A stretch of DNA of 64,000 nt from Cenarchaeum sp. (GCA_963693095.2 OY843768.1:224001-288000), one strand, 5' to 3'. Counted from the stretch's first letter, positions 1 to 9,235 are shown. Numbers and translations are program-made. The notes: generated by a model from the letters alone, not told the origin.

Positions 1-171
1 CAGGTCGACAGGGCACTCGAGCTGCGCGCGCCCTCTGAGCACGCCCTGGAGACTGCCCCGACTGAGGTTCCCGAGGAGTCCCTCTGCCCGACGTGCAAGA
101 ACACGCTCGTCTTTGCCGAGGGCTGCAACATCTGCATAGAGTGCGGCTTTAGCGGCTGCACGTCTGGCTAG
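1..171 (+). CDS. nrdJ: 3' end of class II (B12-dependent) ribonucleotide reductase, C-terminal zinc ribbon (partial)
   Basis: Frame 1 reads ...LCPTCKNTLVFAEGCNICIECGFSGCTSG*, the typical CPxC...EGCxxCxxCGxS tail of NrdJ. Confidence 0.75.
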   Translation, partial: QVDRALELRAPSEHALETAPTEVPEESLCPTCKNTLVFAEGCNICIECGFSGCTSG

Positions 172-234
172 GCCGCGCGTGGCCCACGCCCAATCGCAGC
201 GTTTTTACAAGTATGCTGATCGCCCCGTGCGCAC

Positions 235-1353
235 ATGAGGACAGCCACGCTCGTCGTCGCCCTTGCAGTCTCGGCGGCCACGCTTGCGGCCGGAATCGCG
301 TTCATCCTGGCTCCGGCCATGACCGCCGATGACGGGCCCATGGCCGGCCAGGGCATGCCGACAGACGTGGCGCTGCCGGACAGCTTTGGCGTCATCGTCA
401 ACACGCCGGGCCGCGAGGCGAGCATCCTGGAGCTCAACTCGCTCTATGCCAAGGTCGCCGGCCTGGGAGCCACGCGCAGCAACGTGTACGTGTTCTGGAA
501 CGCCCTAGAGCCCTCGCCGCGCGAGTACGCCTGGGCCCAGACGGATGCGATCATGACGATGCACGAGAGGCACGACCTTGCGGCGACACTCTTCTTTTCG
601 CTGGTCAACGGGCGCACGCTCGGGCCACTGCCTGACTGGATGGGGCACCCGACGCTTGATGCCATACCGCCTGATGACGTCTCATCGGCGATCGGCGCAA
701 TCCTTGCGAGATACCCGAGAATCGACACCGTCGTCATGGCCGGCGAGGCCGATTCGCACTTTGAGCGGTATCCGGGCATGCTCGATGCGTACAATGACCT
801 CTTTGAGGATGTTCGCGACGACCTTGCCGCCGAGCACCCCGACGTCATGGTGGGAAACGCCATCTCCCTTGACCGCATCATCAACCGCGGCAATGAGCGC
901 ATCGTCTCGGATCTTGCAGCGGGGGACTTTGTCGCCTTTACGTACCGGCCGCTAAACCTGCTCAACGAGGTCTCGCGCACGCCGCAGGATGCCATCGGCG
1001 ACATGGAGACGATGCTTCGCATCACCGGCGGCCAGCGCGTCGCGCTGCTCGAGGCCGGATGGAGCTCGTCTGCGGACATTGGCGGGGATCCCGTAGACCA
1101 GGCCGAGTTTGCCGTCGCGCTCTCCGAGCTCGCGTCCTCAGAGCCCCGCCTCGAGTTCGTCACGTGGTACAGGCTCCATGACAGGCCGGCGGGCTCATGC
1201 GATGTCGGACCGATAGACGATGACACCTCGCTCCTGAGCACCGACGGGGGCTCGTATGCCGCATCGAGCCTTGGGAGCTATATCTGCGGTGCTGGCCTCC
1301 TTGACGTTGATGGTGCGCCAAAGCCGGCGTGGGGCGCACTTGGCGGCCGCTGA
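235..1353 (+). CDS. Membrane-anchored or secreted glycoside hydrolase-like TIM-barrel protein
   Basis: N-terminal hydrophobic anchor; WxxLEPxPxxYxW, GE and LLEAGWSS motifs resemble clan GH-A enzymes. Confidence 0.55.
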   Translation: MRTATLVVALAVSAATLAAGIAFILAPAMTADDGPMAGQGMPTDVALPDSFGVIVNTPGREASILELNSLYAKVAGLGATRSNVYVFWNALEPSPREYAWAQTDAIMTMHERHDLAATLFFSLVNGRTLGPLPDWMGHPTLDAIPPDDVSSAIGAILARYPRIDTVVMAGEADSHFERYPGMLDAYNDLFEDVRDDLAAEHPDVMVGNAISLDRIINRGNERIVSDLAAGDFVAFTYRPLNLLNEVSRTPQDAIGDMETMLRITGGQRVALLEAGWSSSADIGGDPVDQAEFAVALSELASSEPRLEFVTWYRLHDRPAGSCDVGPIDDDTSLLSTDGGSYAASSLGSYICGAGLLDVDGAPKPAWGALGGR

Positions 1354-1485
1354 GGCGCAGGCTGCCATGCTGTCCTGCCGTGACATACTGCGGCCATGAC
1401 CCCGTGGCTGATCCCGCCCTGGCACGTCCGGTATGGCGCATGGGGAAAAAACAGTTAATTGCTGCGCGCCTGCGCCTGCGCCTGC

Positions 1486-1558
1486 GCGGTCATAGTATAG
1501 CCTGGTAGTACGCTGGCCTTCCAAGCCCGTCACCCGGGTTCGAATCCCGGTGACCGCA
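1486..1558 (+). tRNA. tRNA-Gly(TCC)
   Basis: GCGGTCA/TGACCGC acceptor stem, GGTTCGAATCC T-arm, anticodon loop CT-TCC-AA. Confidence 0.95.
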
Positions 1559-1600
1559 CCCACAACACTTAACGCACCCCCAGCGTGCGCACACACCCTG

Positions 1601-1993
1601 ATGCGCCAGAACCGAAAGGCAGTCGCCCTTGAGAGGATGCGCACGCTCGTGGCCAATGCCTCGGCAAACCTGCGCGCCGAGCCTGCCCTGGCCGAGCGCC
1701 AGGCGGCCCTCGCATGGAGGATATGCACGCACACGCGGACGCGCATGCCATACGAGCTTCGCATGGCGTTCTGCCGTAAGTGCAAGAGCTTTGTGGGGTA
1801 TGGCCGGCACGTGCGCATACGCGTCGGCAACGGCGAGGTTCGCCTGACCTGCGGCCTCTGCGGGCACGTGCGCCGCAAGGTGCTGCCTAGAGTCAGCACC
1901 ACTGGTTCTGCCTGCTCAAATGGGCGCGATTCCGCCGATCCATCTGGCACAGGGGCACCAGACGGGACAGCGGGCCTGCCGCGCCCTGGATAG
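1601..1993 (+). CDS. rnp4: RNase P protein subunit Rpp21 (Rnp4) with C-terminal extension
   Basis: ALERM...FCRKC...LTCGLCGHVRR zinc ribbon typical of Rpp21; ATG at 1601. Confidence 0.85.
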   Translation: MRQNRKAVALERMRTLVANASANLRAEPALAERQAALAWRICTHTRTRMPYELRMAFCRKCKSFVGYGRHVRIRVGNGEVRLTCGLCGHVRRKVLPRVSTTGSACSNGRDSADPSGTGAPDGTAGLPRPG

Positions 1994-1995
1994 AG
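1885..1995 (+). mobile_element. Degenerate copy of the IS66-derived MITE overlapping the rnp4 3' end
   Basis: AGTCAGCACC...CAAATGGGCGCGATTCCGCCGATCCAT matches the MITE left part GGTCAGCACC...CAAATAGGCGCGATCCTACCGATCCAT at 13246-13298. Confidence 0.55.
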
Positions 1996-2195
1996 CCGCC
2001 ACGCGCACGTTCCTGGCAGATGGCCGACCATGTGGTCGTGCCGCCACGTCCGGTGCCTGCCATGAAACTGCGTGCAGTCGATCCGTCACGGCGCCAGGGA
2101 CACCCGCTGGCCACTCCGGGCACAGGCCATTGCCAATCCCGGCATCAGGAGGGCACACAACTACAATGGAGACCGGGCGGGTCATTCACGTCCCG

Positions 2196-2432
2196 TCAAA
2201 ACTCCACTCTTACACTTATGCTGCTGACGTCCCTGCCCGCCAGCTCTATGAGCTCGTCCATGCGCGCCACGGCGTCGTCAGCGGAGGCAACCTCGCGCTC
2301 CCCGATATGGTGATATGCCGCATACGGCGAGGCGTCGCTCACCTTGCAGTCGTGCATCAGGGCCATTGTGCGCGCACACGCCTCCTTGTCGTCCTCGTTG
2401 CGGCATAAAACGCGAAACCATGCCTTTGCCAT
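2196..2432 (-). CDS. Small hypothetical protein (78 aa)
   Basis: ATG-started ORF MAKAWFRVLC...SISVRVEF with an AT-rich TATA-like segment about 25 bp upstream. Confidence 0.55.
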   Translation of the reverse strand: MAKAWFRVLCRNEDDKEACARTMALMHDCKVSDASPYAAYHHIGEREVASADDAVARMDELIELAGRDVSSISVRVEF

Positions 2433-2518
2433 GACACACCGGCGAGTATGCGCGAGATATATTACCGATTGGGCGGATCCCGCGCGTGAGACCAGCATCC
2501 CACTGCCCACTTGTTCTA

Positions 2519-3623
2519 TACTCACGAGCTAAAGTTCGTGTGACCTTCCACGACCTTCCTGTTCAGGTATGCGTAGATGTTCAGGTTGAACCGCTTGGTC
2601 CTGAGGTACTCGCCGACCGCGATCCTCAGCTCGTCCAGGGTTCGTGGTTGCCCCGGGACCCTGACGTCCCTCTTGAGTATGCGCCACGTCCCCTCGATGG
2701 CGCTTAGCTGCGGGGATCCCACCGGCAGCTCGATGAGCTTGATCTCGCCGTTGGCGCGCAGCAGGTTCTTGACCGCCCCCGCGCGGTGCTGGGGAGCCCT
2801 GTCGACGATGACGGCGATCTTGCCGAACTTCCCGTGCAGCTCCGCAAGGTACTGCGCGAACGTGTCCGCGTTGAACTTGTCGCGCGTCCGGAACGCCTGC
2901 CGCCCGTCCTCGGCGATCGCCCCGTACACGACGATCCGCTCGTGGCTCCCGGTGTACGGCTCGTAGACGGGCACCGTGCGCGGCGTCCAGTGCGTCGCCA
3001 TGCCCCCGGCGTCGTTCACGATGATCGACTCGTCCTGCACCAGCATCGTGTATCCCGCGCGCGCCAGGCGTGGCGCCGCCCCCGCAAGGCGCCGCTGCCA
3101 GCTGCGGACGGCGGACGCGCTCGCCCTGTTGACGTGGGCCTTTCGCGGCCTCTTGCGCGAGAGGCCGAACTCGCGCATGAGCCTCCTCACGCTGGCTATG
3201 TGGAACAGTGTCCCCGCCGCCCCGGCGATCCTGTCGCGGACCGCGGCCGGGGTCGTGGGGGATCCCGACGCGTCGGCGAGGATCCCGTCGAGCGCCGTTC
3301 GCGGCACGGCCAGCGGCCTCCCGGAGCGCGGGAGGTCGCGGAGGGCGGGAAGCCCGCCCTCCCGGTACCGCGCAACCCACTTGCCGACCCACCCCGGGCA
3401 CCGCATCAGCGTGTCCGCCGTGTCCTCGTGCGTCATGCCCATGTTGACCACGCAGTGCACGGCGAGCATCCTGTCCCTCACGTGCCCGCTCTTCTCGCTG
3501 TGGTGCGCGTCCCTCAGCTCCTCCCGCTTCCGGTCGTCCATGCCCTGGCGCGGGAGGGGGCGATCAATATAGCTGCGGGGTCGGGGAAACTTGATCATCT
3601 ATACGAACTTTAGCTCGTGAGTA
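2519..3623 (-). mobile_element. IS630-family insertion sequence, apparently intact
   Basis: Perfect inverted repeat CTATACTCACGAGCTAAAGTTCGT (2516-2539 / 3603-3626) including a duplicated TA target; encloses the transposase. Confidence 0.93.
2522..3541 (-). CDS. IS630-family transposase
   Basis: HTH with RSGRP, DES...VDRAPQH...LPVGSPQLSAIEGTW DDE signature. Confidence 0.93.
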   Translation of the reverse strand: MDDRKREELRDAHHSEKSGHVRDRMLAVHCVVNMGMTHEDTADTLMRCPGWVGKWVARYREGGLPALRDLPRSGRPLAVPRTALDGILADASGSPTTPAAVRDRIAGAAGTLFHIASVRRLMREFGLSRKRPRKAHVNRASASAVRSWQRRLAGAAPRLARAGYTMLVQDESIIVNDAGGMATHWTPRTVPVYEPYTGSHERIVVYGAIAEDGRQAFRTRDKFNADTFAQYLAELHGKFGKIAVIVDRAPQHRAGAVKNLLRANGEIKLIELPVGSPQLSAIEGTWRILKRDVRVPGQPRTLDELRIAVGEYLRTKRFNLNIYAYLNRKVVEGHTNFSS

Positions 3624-3898
3624 TAGGTGCGATCCTGCCGGTCTGCACCTGCCGAGTCGGCGCCTGTCTGGGCATGAGCGAGCCGTGGTGTTGAGCTCGT
3701 ACAGGGCACTGCCTGGCGTTGTTTCATAACCACGCTTAGGCGCCATCCGGCAGGCTCCGCGGCTCCGCTCCGCGCACGGCGCGCGGCTGCCACTACCGAA
3801 ACACAAATGGATCGGATCGCGCGGCTGCAACGCGTTGGCGAGCGACCGGAACGCAAAATACGTTGACAGGGATCGGGCGCAAGTAGCGGCTGAGCAAC

Positions 3899-4084
3899 CG
3901 TGGCGAGTGGCTGCGGGACAACGGCTACGGCCGGAGGTCGTCGGCAGAGACGGCGTTCTCCACGATCAAGCTGGTGTTCCGCGACCACGTGATGGCGCGG
4001 AACTGGGGCCAGGTGGTTCGCGAGCTGGTCTTCATGGCGTACGCGTACAACCGGCTGATCGACATGGCGGGCGATCCGTGGTGA
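3899..4084 (+). pseudogene. IS5-family transposase C-terminal remnant
   Basis: WLRDNGYGRRSSAETAFSTIK...AYN carries the Y-x2-R-x3-E-x6-K motif; most of the gene is deleted. Confidence 0.8.
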
Positions 4085-4193
4085 GCCGCGGGAAGCGCGG
4101 CCTGTGGCGCCATGCGTGGCGCTCGTGGTCACTGGCTGTGAAACAACGTCCACCGGCGGCGCTCTTTATATGATGCCGAGCTGACAGTCGTGC

Positions 4194-6185
4194 GTGAGAT
4201 CTGCGATTGGGCTGCAGCACATGGCTAGGCTTGTGCCGGCCTTGGCCGCCGTGGCGGCCGCAATCGCCATGGCCGCCGCGCCTGCGGCGCTGGCGCAGCC
4301 CGGCGGCGCGCCGGGACTCGAGGCGCTCGTCGCCTGCGAGCCCAGGGGCACGCTCGTGGCGTTTATGGCGTCTAGCGAGCCCTACAGGATCGCCCTTCGC
4401 TCCGCCGGCGCCGCGGACGGCGAGGTGTCGTTCTCGCTCCGCGTGCTCCGGGTCGCGCACTGGACGGCGCAGGACGGCGACACGGGCGGCTCGCGGGTTG
4501 CCCTGGACGACCACGGGGCCGGCATGGCCACGGTCACCGTGGACAGGTCCGCCGCCGGCGAGCGCCTCGTGGAGATCACCGCGTCCGGCGCGCGCGGCGA
4601 GTCGCGGGCCGTGCACCTGCTGCGCATACTGCCCGCCTCCACGGCGGATCGGGACGCTGGCGCGCACAACTCCGAGCCCGAGCTCGAGGTGCTCCTCGGC
4701 GGCGTGCCGGTGCGGCGCGTGGACCTCGCCGAGTCGCCGGGGATCGCGTGCGTGGAGCTGAGGGCGCCGGACGCCGAGGGCGACGCGGTGGCCTTTTCGC
4801 TCAGGGTTCGGGAGACTGTGCCACTGGATCCCCTGGCAGGGGCGGGCATGCCGCCGGTGCTGGTAGACCACGGCGACGGGACGGCGACGGTCATGGTGGA
4901 CAGGTCTGCCGCCGGCGAGCGCCTCGTGGAGATCGCCGCCTCGGACATGCGCGGCGAGGGGTGGGACGCGTACGCGCTGGGCATGCTGTCCGCCGATGCC
5001 GGCGTCCGCCTCCTCCCGCGCGAGCAGCCCGTGCCCCAGTGGGACGCGTACGAGCTGCGCGTGCTCCCCGCCGATGCGGGCAGCCGGCCGCATGGCCACG
5101 CCGGCGGCCTCCCGCACGCCGTGGAGGGCAGGTCCACCGCCGGCGCCCCGCTGCCGCCGCGCCTCGTGGCCCAGGCGCACCGGCAGATGTGCCCGGACAC
5201 GCCGCACACGGCGGACACGTGGGGCGTGGACAGCCATCACCACAAGGACGTGCACAGGCTTGACTGGTCGGTGCGCCCCGCCATGTCCGGCGTGCCGCCG
5301 ATAGAGGGCACGTCAAAACAGAATGCCGGAATTTTTTACACTGATGGCAGAAACCCCTTTGACATCGGGGAGCGGAATTGGTGGGCGTGTCATACGCGAG
5401 CGTCGTTCGGGACTCAGGTGCCCCAGTGGGTAGTCCTGTGCGACGTGCCGGGCGATGACAGGACGCATTACTATATCCGAAATGACGCACCATCGGATTC
5501 GCCTCGTTCTCCAAAGTTGATAAACCCATACACGGGAAACATTGCGGATTTTGATAATAGCCCGCCCCGCACATATGCCGCAGCCCAGGAGCCACAATGG
5601 GTCAAATATAATAAAGATGATGTGCCCAAAAAGTCTGACATCTACAGGCAAATTCGCCCTGACGCGTACGTTCCTCCCAACCAACTGTTTGTAAAATCAG
5701 GGAATCATGCCATCTCCATTCACGCCTGGGTCGACGGCACATACTCCTCGGTGCCGGAGCTCCTCCCGTTCTCGGACAGGGTGGTGTTCCGGGCGACCGC
5801 ATTCCATGCGGATGACGTGACGTTCCACATAGTGGCGCTCAAGAGCATTCTCGGCGCGCCGGAGGGGAGGTCGCACGCGCTGGTAAACGGCATCCCGGCA
5901 CCGCTGAATACCGAGTCGATATGGCGATCCCCCGACGATGCGGAGATCCACGTTCCTGTCAGGGTGTCTGACATTGCGAAGGGCAACGGCATCTACATCA
6001 GGGGAATCAACGACGACGAGCGCACGGGTGACGGGGTGGTCAGGGATCTCCACGAGATAGAGCTCGTGGCCGAGATACCAGTCGTTGTGCCCGACAAGCA
6101 CAGGTATGAACCCATAGACCCAGCCTTTGCCATCGAGCCGTGGGGCTGCTGGCCGCTCCTCAACGGCACGGCCTGGGTCCCCTAG
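4194..6185 (+). CDS. Secreted protein with two Ig/cadherin-like repeats and a compositionally distinct central segment (probable start ATG 4221)
   Basis: Signal peptide MARLVPALAAVAAAIAMAAAPAALA; duplicated DHGxGxATVxVDRSAAGERLVEIxAS. Confidence 0.75.
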   Translation: MRSAIGLQHMARLVPALAAVAAAIAMAAAPAALAQPGGAPGLEALVACEPRGTLVAFMASSEPYRIALRSAGAADGEVSFSLRVLRVAHWTAQDGDTGGSRVALDDHGAGMATVTVDRSAAGERLVEITASGARGESRAVHLLRILPASTADRDAGAHNSEPELEVLLGGVPVRRVDLAESPGIACVELRAPDAEGDAVAFSLRVRETVPLDPLAGAGMPPVLVDHGDGTATVMVDRSAAGERLVEIAASDMRGEGWDAYALGMLSADAGVRLLPREQPVPQWDAYELRVLPADAGSRPHGHAGGLPHAVEGRSTAGAPLPPRLVAQAHRQMCPDTPHTADTWGVDSHHHKDVHRLDWSVRPAMSGVPPIEGTSKQNAGIFYTDGRNPFDIGERNWWACHTRASFGTQVPQWVVLCDVPGDDRTHYYIRNDAPSDSPRSPKLINPYTGNIADFDNSPPRTYAAAQEPQWVKYNKDDVPKKSDIYRQIRPDAYVPPNQLFVKSGNHAISIHAWVDGTYSSVPELLPFSDRVVFRATAFHADDVTFHIVALKSILGAPEGRSHALVNGIPAPLNTESIWRSPDDAEIHVPVRVSDIAKGNGIYIRGINDDERTGDGVVRDLHEIELVAEIPVVVPDKHRYEPIDPAFAIEPWGCWPLLNGTAWVP

Positions 6186-6308
6186 GCCCCGGGGTGACGG
6201 GCATGCACGCGGCTCCGGTGCGCACCGGTTTGGATCGCACGATCACCGGTTATGAAACAACGCCCACTGCCTCATTGATTTATAACCCGCCGCGCGCGCG
6301 CAGCCCCG

Positions 6309-6767
6309 TTGGCAAAGGCGTATGACGTTCCGGCAGACAGGCTTATCGCACGCCTCGCCTCTGACCTGAGGGCAGAGGGCGTGAGCGCGCCAAAGTGGAC
6401 ACCGTTCGTAAAGACCGGAGTTCACGCCGACAGGCCGCCGCACGAGCGCGACTGGTGGCACACGCGCTGCGCCTCGCTCCTTCGCAAGATATACCTCAAC
6501 GGCCCGATAGGCGTGGGCAGGCTCTGCGCAAAGTATGGCGGCGCGTCTCGCTCCTCGCACGGCTATGGCTCGGCGTACCACCGTGACGCCAGCGGTGCGA
6601 TCATACGCGGCGCGATCCATGCCCTCGAGTCCCTCGGGTACGTCGAGCGCCACTCGACTGGCGGGCGCATAATATCTAGCGCGGGGATGAAAAAGATCGA
6701 CGGCGTCGCCACGGAGATCCTCAAGGAGATGGCAGTCGACGAGCCGACCCTAGGGCTGTACAGATAG
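6309..6767 (+). CDS. rps19e: 30S ribosomal protein S19e
   Basis: AKAYDVPAD...PKWTPFVKTG...DWWHTRCASLLRKIY. Confidence 0.97.
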   Translation: MAKAYDVPADRLIARLASDLRAEGVSAPKWTPFVKTGVHADRPPHERDWWHTRCASLLRKIYLNGPIGVGRLCAKYGGASRSSHGYGSAYHRDASGAIIRGAIHALESLGYVERHSTGGRIISSAGMKKIDGVATEILKEMAVDEPTLGLYR

Positions 6768-6774
6768 GCCGGCA

Positions 6775-7074
6775 ATGAGCCAAAACCCGTATCCTGATGA
6801 CGTCGCAGGCAACCCTGCGGGAGACGCTGCGGGCAACGCCGAGACCATCGCGCAAAAGGACGCCGCACTCCGCATGATACTCGATCCCGACGCGCGCTCG
6901 AGGCTCTCCAACATACGCATGGTCCGCCCCGAGCTCGCCGCCGGAGTCGAGAACTATCTGCTCGGCCTCGCCTCGCAGGGGCGCGCGCCCTCGCAGATAA
7001 CTGACTCGCAGCTAAAGCAGATACTAGTCTCAATCCAGCAGCCGCGCCGCGACTTTAAGTTCAGCCGCGTCTGA
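6775..7074 (+). CDS. PDCD5-like double-stranded DNA-binding protein
   Basis: LRMILDPDARSRLSNIRMVRPELA...ITDSQLKQIL; usual position after rps19e. Confidence 0.92.
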   Translation: MSQNPYPDDVAGNPAGDAAGNAETIAQKDAALRMILDPDARSRLSNIRMVRPELAAGVENYLLGLASQGRAPSQITDSQLKQILVSIQQPRRDFKFSRV

Positions 7075-7842
7075 TCCGCCCGCGCGCAGCCCGCGCGCAT
7101 AGACGCACTCGGCAGCATTCACTGCGGCCTCGCCGGCCTCGCCTCGCGAGGACGTGAGGCGCACGCCCGAGCCGCGCACTATTGCAATGGGGGTCGACTC
7201 GGAGCCCTCGCCCATCTCGTGGTTTGCCATCGTCGCAATGCTGTCTGCCACGGCGCTCTTTGTGACGGCAAGCGGCCTGCCGCGCAGGTCGAGCCTCCCC
7301 CTGCCGTCGCGGACCGCCTCGATTCCGGCAAACGCGACGGCGACGCCGCACGTGCCGGCCCTCATTGGCATGAGCCGGCTGTCAGAAAGTATGACGCCGA
7401 CGCGCACGCCGAGGCCGAGGAACGCCTTTCGGCGAACGTGCTCGGCGAGCTCGTGCGCGGCATCGGGATACAGTATGATCCTCCCCGCTCCGGCATTCGA
7501 GCTGTCGATTCCGGCGTTTGGGGCCAGGATTCCTCCGGTGACTGCCATGGCAAATCCGGCAACCCCGCCCATGACGTCCTCGGACTCGCGGATGACGGCC
7601 TCGGCGAGGCCTGTCCTCATGCCGAGGCGCCGTGCCAGCGCGCGCGCGGGCTCGGATGCGGCCACGGAGGACTCGAGGATCATGCGGCCCTGCGAGACGG
7701 CGGCGTACTTTGAGGAGACGACGAGGACATCGCCGTCGATGAGCGTCGTGCCCGAGGAGCCTAGCGAGTCGGCTATCTCGGCATAGAGGTCAAAGGGTCC
7801 GGTCTGGACGCGCGCGCGCAGCGCCATCGCCGTGGTGGCCAT
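7030..7842 (-). CDS. cofE: Coenzyme F420-0:L-glutamate ligase
   Basis: DGDVLVVSSK, PNAGIDSSN, ILSDSR...RAGTCGVA and MGEGSESTPIAIVRG motifs. Confidence 0.9.
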   Translation of the reverse strand: MATTAMALRARVQTGPFDLYAEIADSLGSSGTTLIDGDVLVVSSKYAAVSQGRMILESSVAASEPARALARRLGMRTGLAEAVIRESEDVMGGVAGFAMAVTGGILAPNAGIDSSNAGAGRIILYPDAAHELAEHVRRKAFLGLGVRVGVILSDSRLMPMRAGTCGVAVAFAGIEAVRDGRGRLDLRGRPLAVTKSAVADSIATMANHEMGEGSESTPIAIVRGSGVRLTSSRGEAGEAAVNAAECVYARGLRAGGSDAAELKVAARLLD

Positions 7843-7931
7843 GGGAGCAGCCCCATGCGCGGCCGGATTTTACCCTTTTGGGCACTCCCACCACAGGAGG
7901 GCCATTTGGCGACGGGCGTGGCAGGTCAGGA

Positions 7932-8010
7932 TGGTGCTCCCGCCGGGATTTGAACCCGGGATCACTGCCTTGAGAGGGCAGTATGCTTGACCGGACTACA
8001 CCACAGGAGC
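7932..8010 (-). tRNA. tRNA-Glu(CTC), CCA encoded
   Basis: Reverse strand reads GCTCCTGTGGTGTAG...CTGCC-CT-CTC-AA-GGCAG...GGTTCAAATCCCGGCGGGAGCACCA. Confidence 0.95.
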
Positions 8011-8061
8011 GTAAGCGTCGGCGCGCTGCGGTCTTAATTTAAATGCCGCGCCGCCTGCGCC

Positions 8062-8994
8062 ATGGCCGCATTGGGAAGCGCACCGGCCGCATGGCTGGCT
8101 GACTGCATCGACTCTGGCGCACCGGCCGCGCTTGGGGGGTGCCGGTGCGGCAAGGAGAGCTTTGGGTGCTGCGAGTACAACGTGACTGTCTTTGACGGGG
8201 GTCATGGGGTCGAGGAGGCAAGCCATGACGGCCAGACGGTGATCATTCGGCACGACTCGGTGACTGACCCGTCATCGGGGACGTTTGCGCACCTGGCCGG
8301 AATGCGCGTCATCGCCGATCCCGAGTGGGAGATAGGGCCGCGCCTCTCGGCAATGGCGGCCAGGCGCGAGTGGGCGTTTCGCCACGCGATGAAGTCGGCC
8401 TTGGTGGATGCGGGAATGATGGCCACCAGGGCACGCGCGTCACTGGGGCGCCATCCCGCAACTGCGCCGTTCTGGCTAAAGTGCGCCGCGTACAGCCTTG
8501 CTGACTCGATATCATATGGCAACATGGTCGAGCCGGGTCCGGCGCACATGATGGCGCGATTTCGCGCAATGCCAAAGTCTGCGACCAACGAGGGCCTCTC
8601 GGCAGTCGGCGAGTGCCTCGGCCTCGAGCGCGCGACGCCCTCGCTTCTTGACAGGATGGCAAAGTCGGCAGCCGGCTTTGCCGGCATGGCAGGCCTCGGC
8701 GAGCTTGCGGTGGCCGCGATGCTCGCAAAGGCGCGCCACCTCGAGTCCGAATCGCTCCTTGCGGACTGTCACTATTACATCGGATATGCGACGTGCTCGG
8801 CCCTGCGCTCGCGCCGCGAGTATGCGCGCGCGCTGCCTGATGCCGAGCTCTATGCGCTAAAGGTCGCCCTGGATCCCGAGGGCAACGCGCAGCGCGTGGA
8901 GAGGCAGATCGGCATGGTCGAGTCGGCCGCCGCAGCGCTCATGGCGCGCGCCCGCGCCGATGCAGCTGAGGATCCAAATCCTGCGCACGCTTAA
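8062..8994 (+). CDS. Hypothetical protein, probably conserved in Nitrososphaerota
   Basis: Long ORF with host-like codon usage and a TTTAAAT box at about 8038. Confidence 0.7.
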   Translation: MAALGSAPAAWLADCIDSGAPAALGGCRCGKESFGCCEYNVTVFDGGHGVEEASHDGQTVIIRHDSVTDPSSGTFAHLAGMRVIADPEWEIGPRLSAMAARREWAFRHAMKSALVDAGMMATRARASLGRHPATAPFWLKCAAYSLADSISYGNMVEPGPAHMMARFRAMPKSATNEGLSAVGECLGLERATPSLLDRMAKSAAGFAGMAGLGELAVAAMLAKARHLESESLLADCHYYIGYATCSALRSRREYARALPDAELYALKVALDPEGNAQRVERQIGMVESAAAALMARARADAAEDPNPAHA

Positions 8995-9069
8995 CAATGT
9001 TTGAGATTTTCTTATTAACTATGGCCATGTTCTAAACCTTTAAAATCCAGCCCATTGCGCGGGGCGCGC

Positions 9070-9213
9070 ATGACGGATCAAGCCTGCGGCTGCGAGGCCG
9101 ATAGCGGAGACCCAGACTACCAGTGCGACTGCGAGATGCAGGGGCACTGCATATGCAGCGCGGACTGTGGCTGCAACACAAAGACCTGCAAGGAAGCAGT
9201 GTCCTCTCTCTAG
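9070..9213 (+). CDS. Metallothionein-like Cys-rich micro-protein (47 aa)
   Basis: MTDQACGCEADSGDPDYQCDCEMQGHCICSADCGCNTKTCKEAVSSL; 9 Cys, four CxC pairs; TTTAAAA box about 28 bp upstream. Confidence 0.7.
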   Translation: MTDQACGCEADSGDPDYQCDCEMQGHCICSADCGCNTKTCKEAVSSL

Positions 9214-9235
9214 GGGGCACGCTTCCACTTTTTGT

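Larger units (their letters stand above)
2484..3702 (+). mobile_element. IS66-derived MITE copy split by the IS630 insertion
   Basis: Left part 2484-2516 (GCGTGAGACCAGCATCCCACTGCCCACTTG) and right part 3626-3702 (GGTGCGATCCTGCCG...GGTGTTGAGCTCGTAC) rejoin into the MITE consensus. Confidence 0.7.
3715..6264 (+). mobile_element. Non-autonomous IS5-family-derived element carrying a cargo gene
   Basis: Perfect 17-bp TIR GGCGTTGTTTCATAACC (3715-3731 / 6248-6264); 8-bp direct repeat CACTGCCT at 3707-3714 and 6265-6272; degenerate inner right end at 4134-4150. Confidence 0.88.

Noticed and set aside
1464-1486. (GCGCCT)x3 microsatellite before tRNA-Gly
   Set aside because: Too short to be significant in GC-rich DNA
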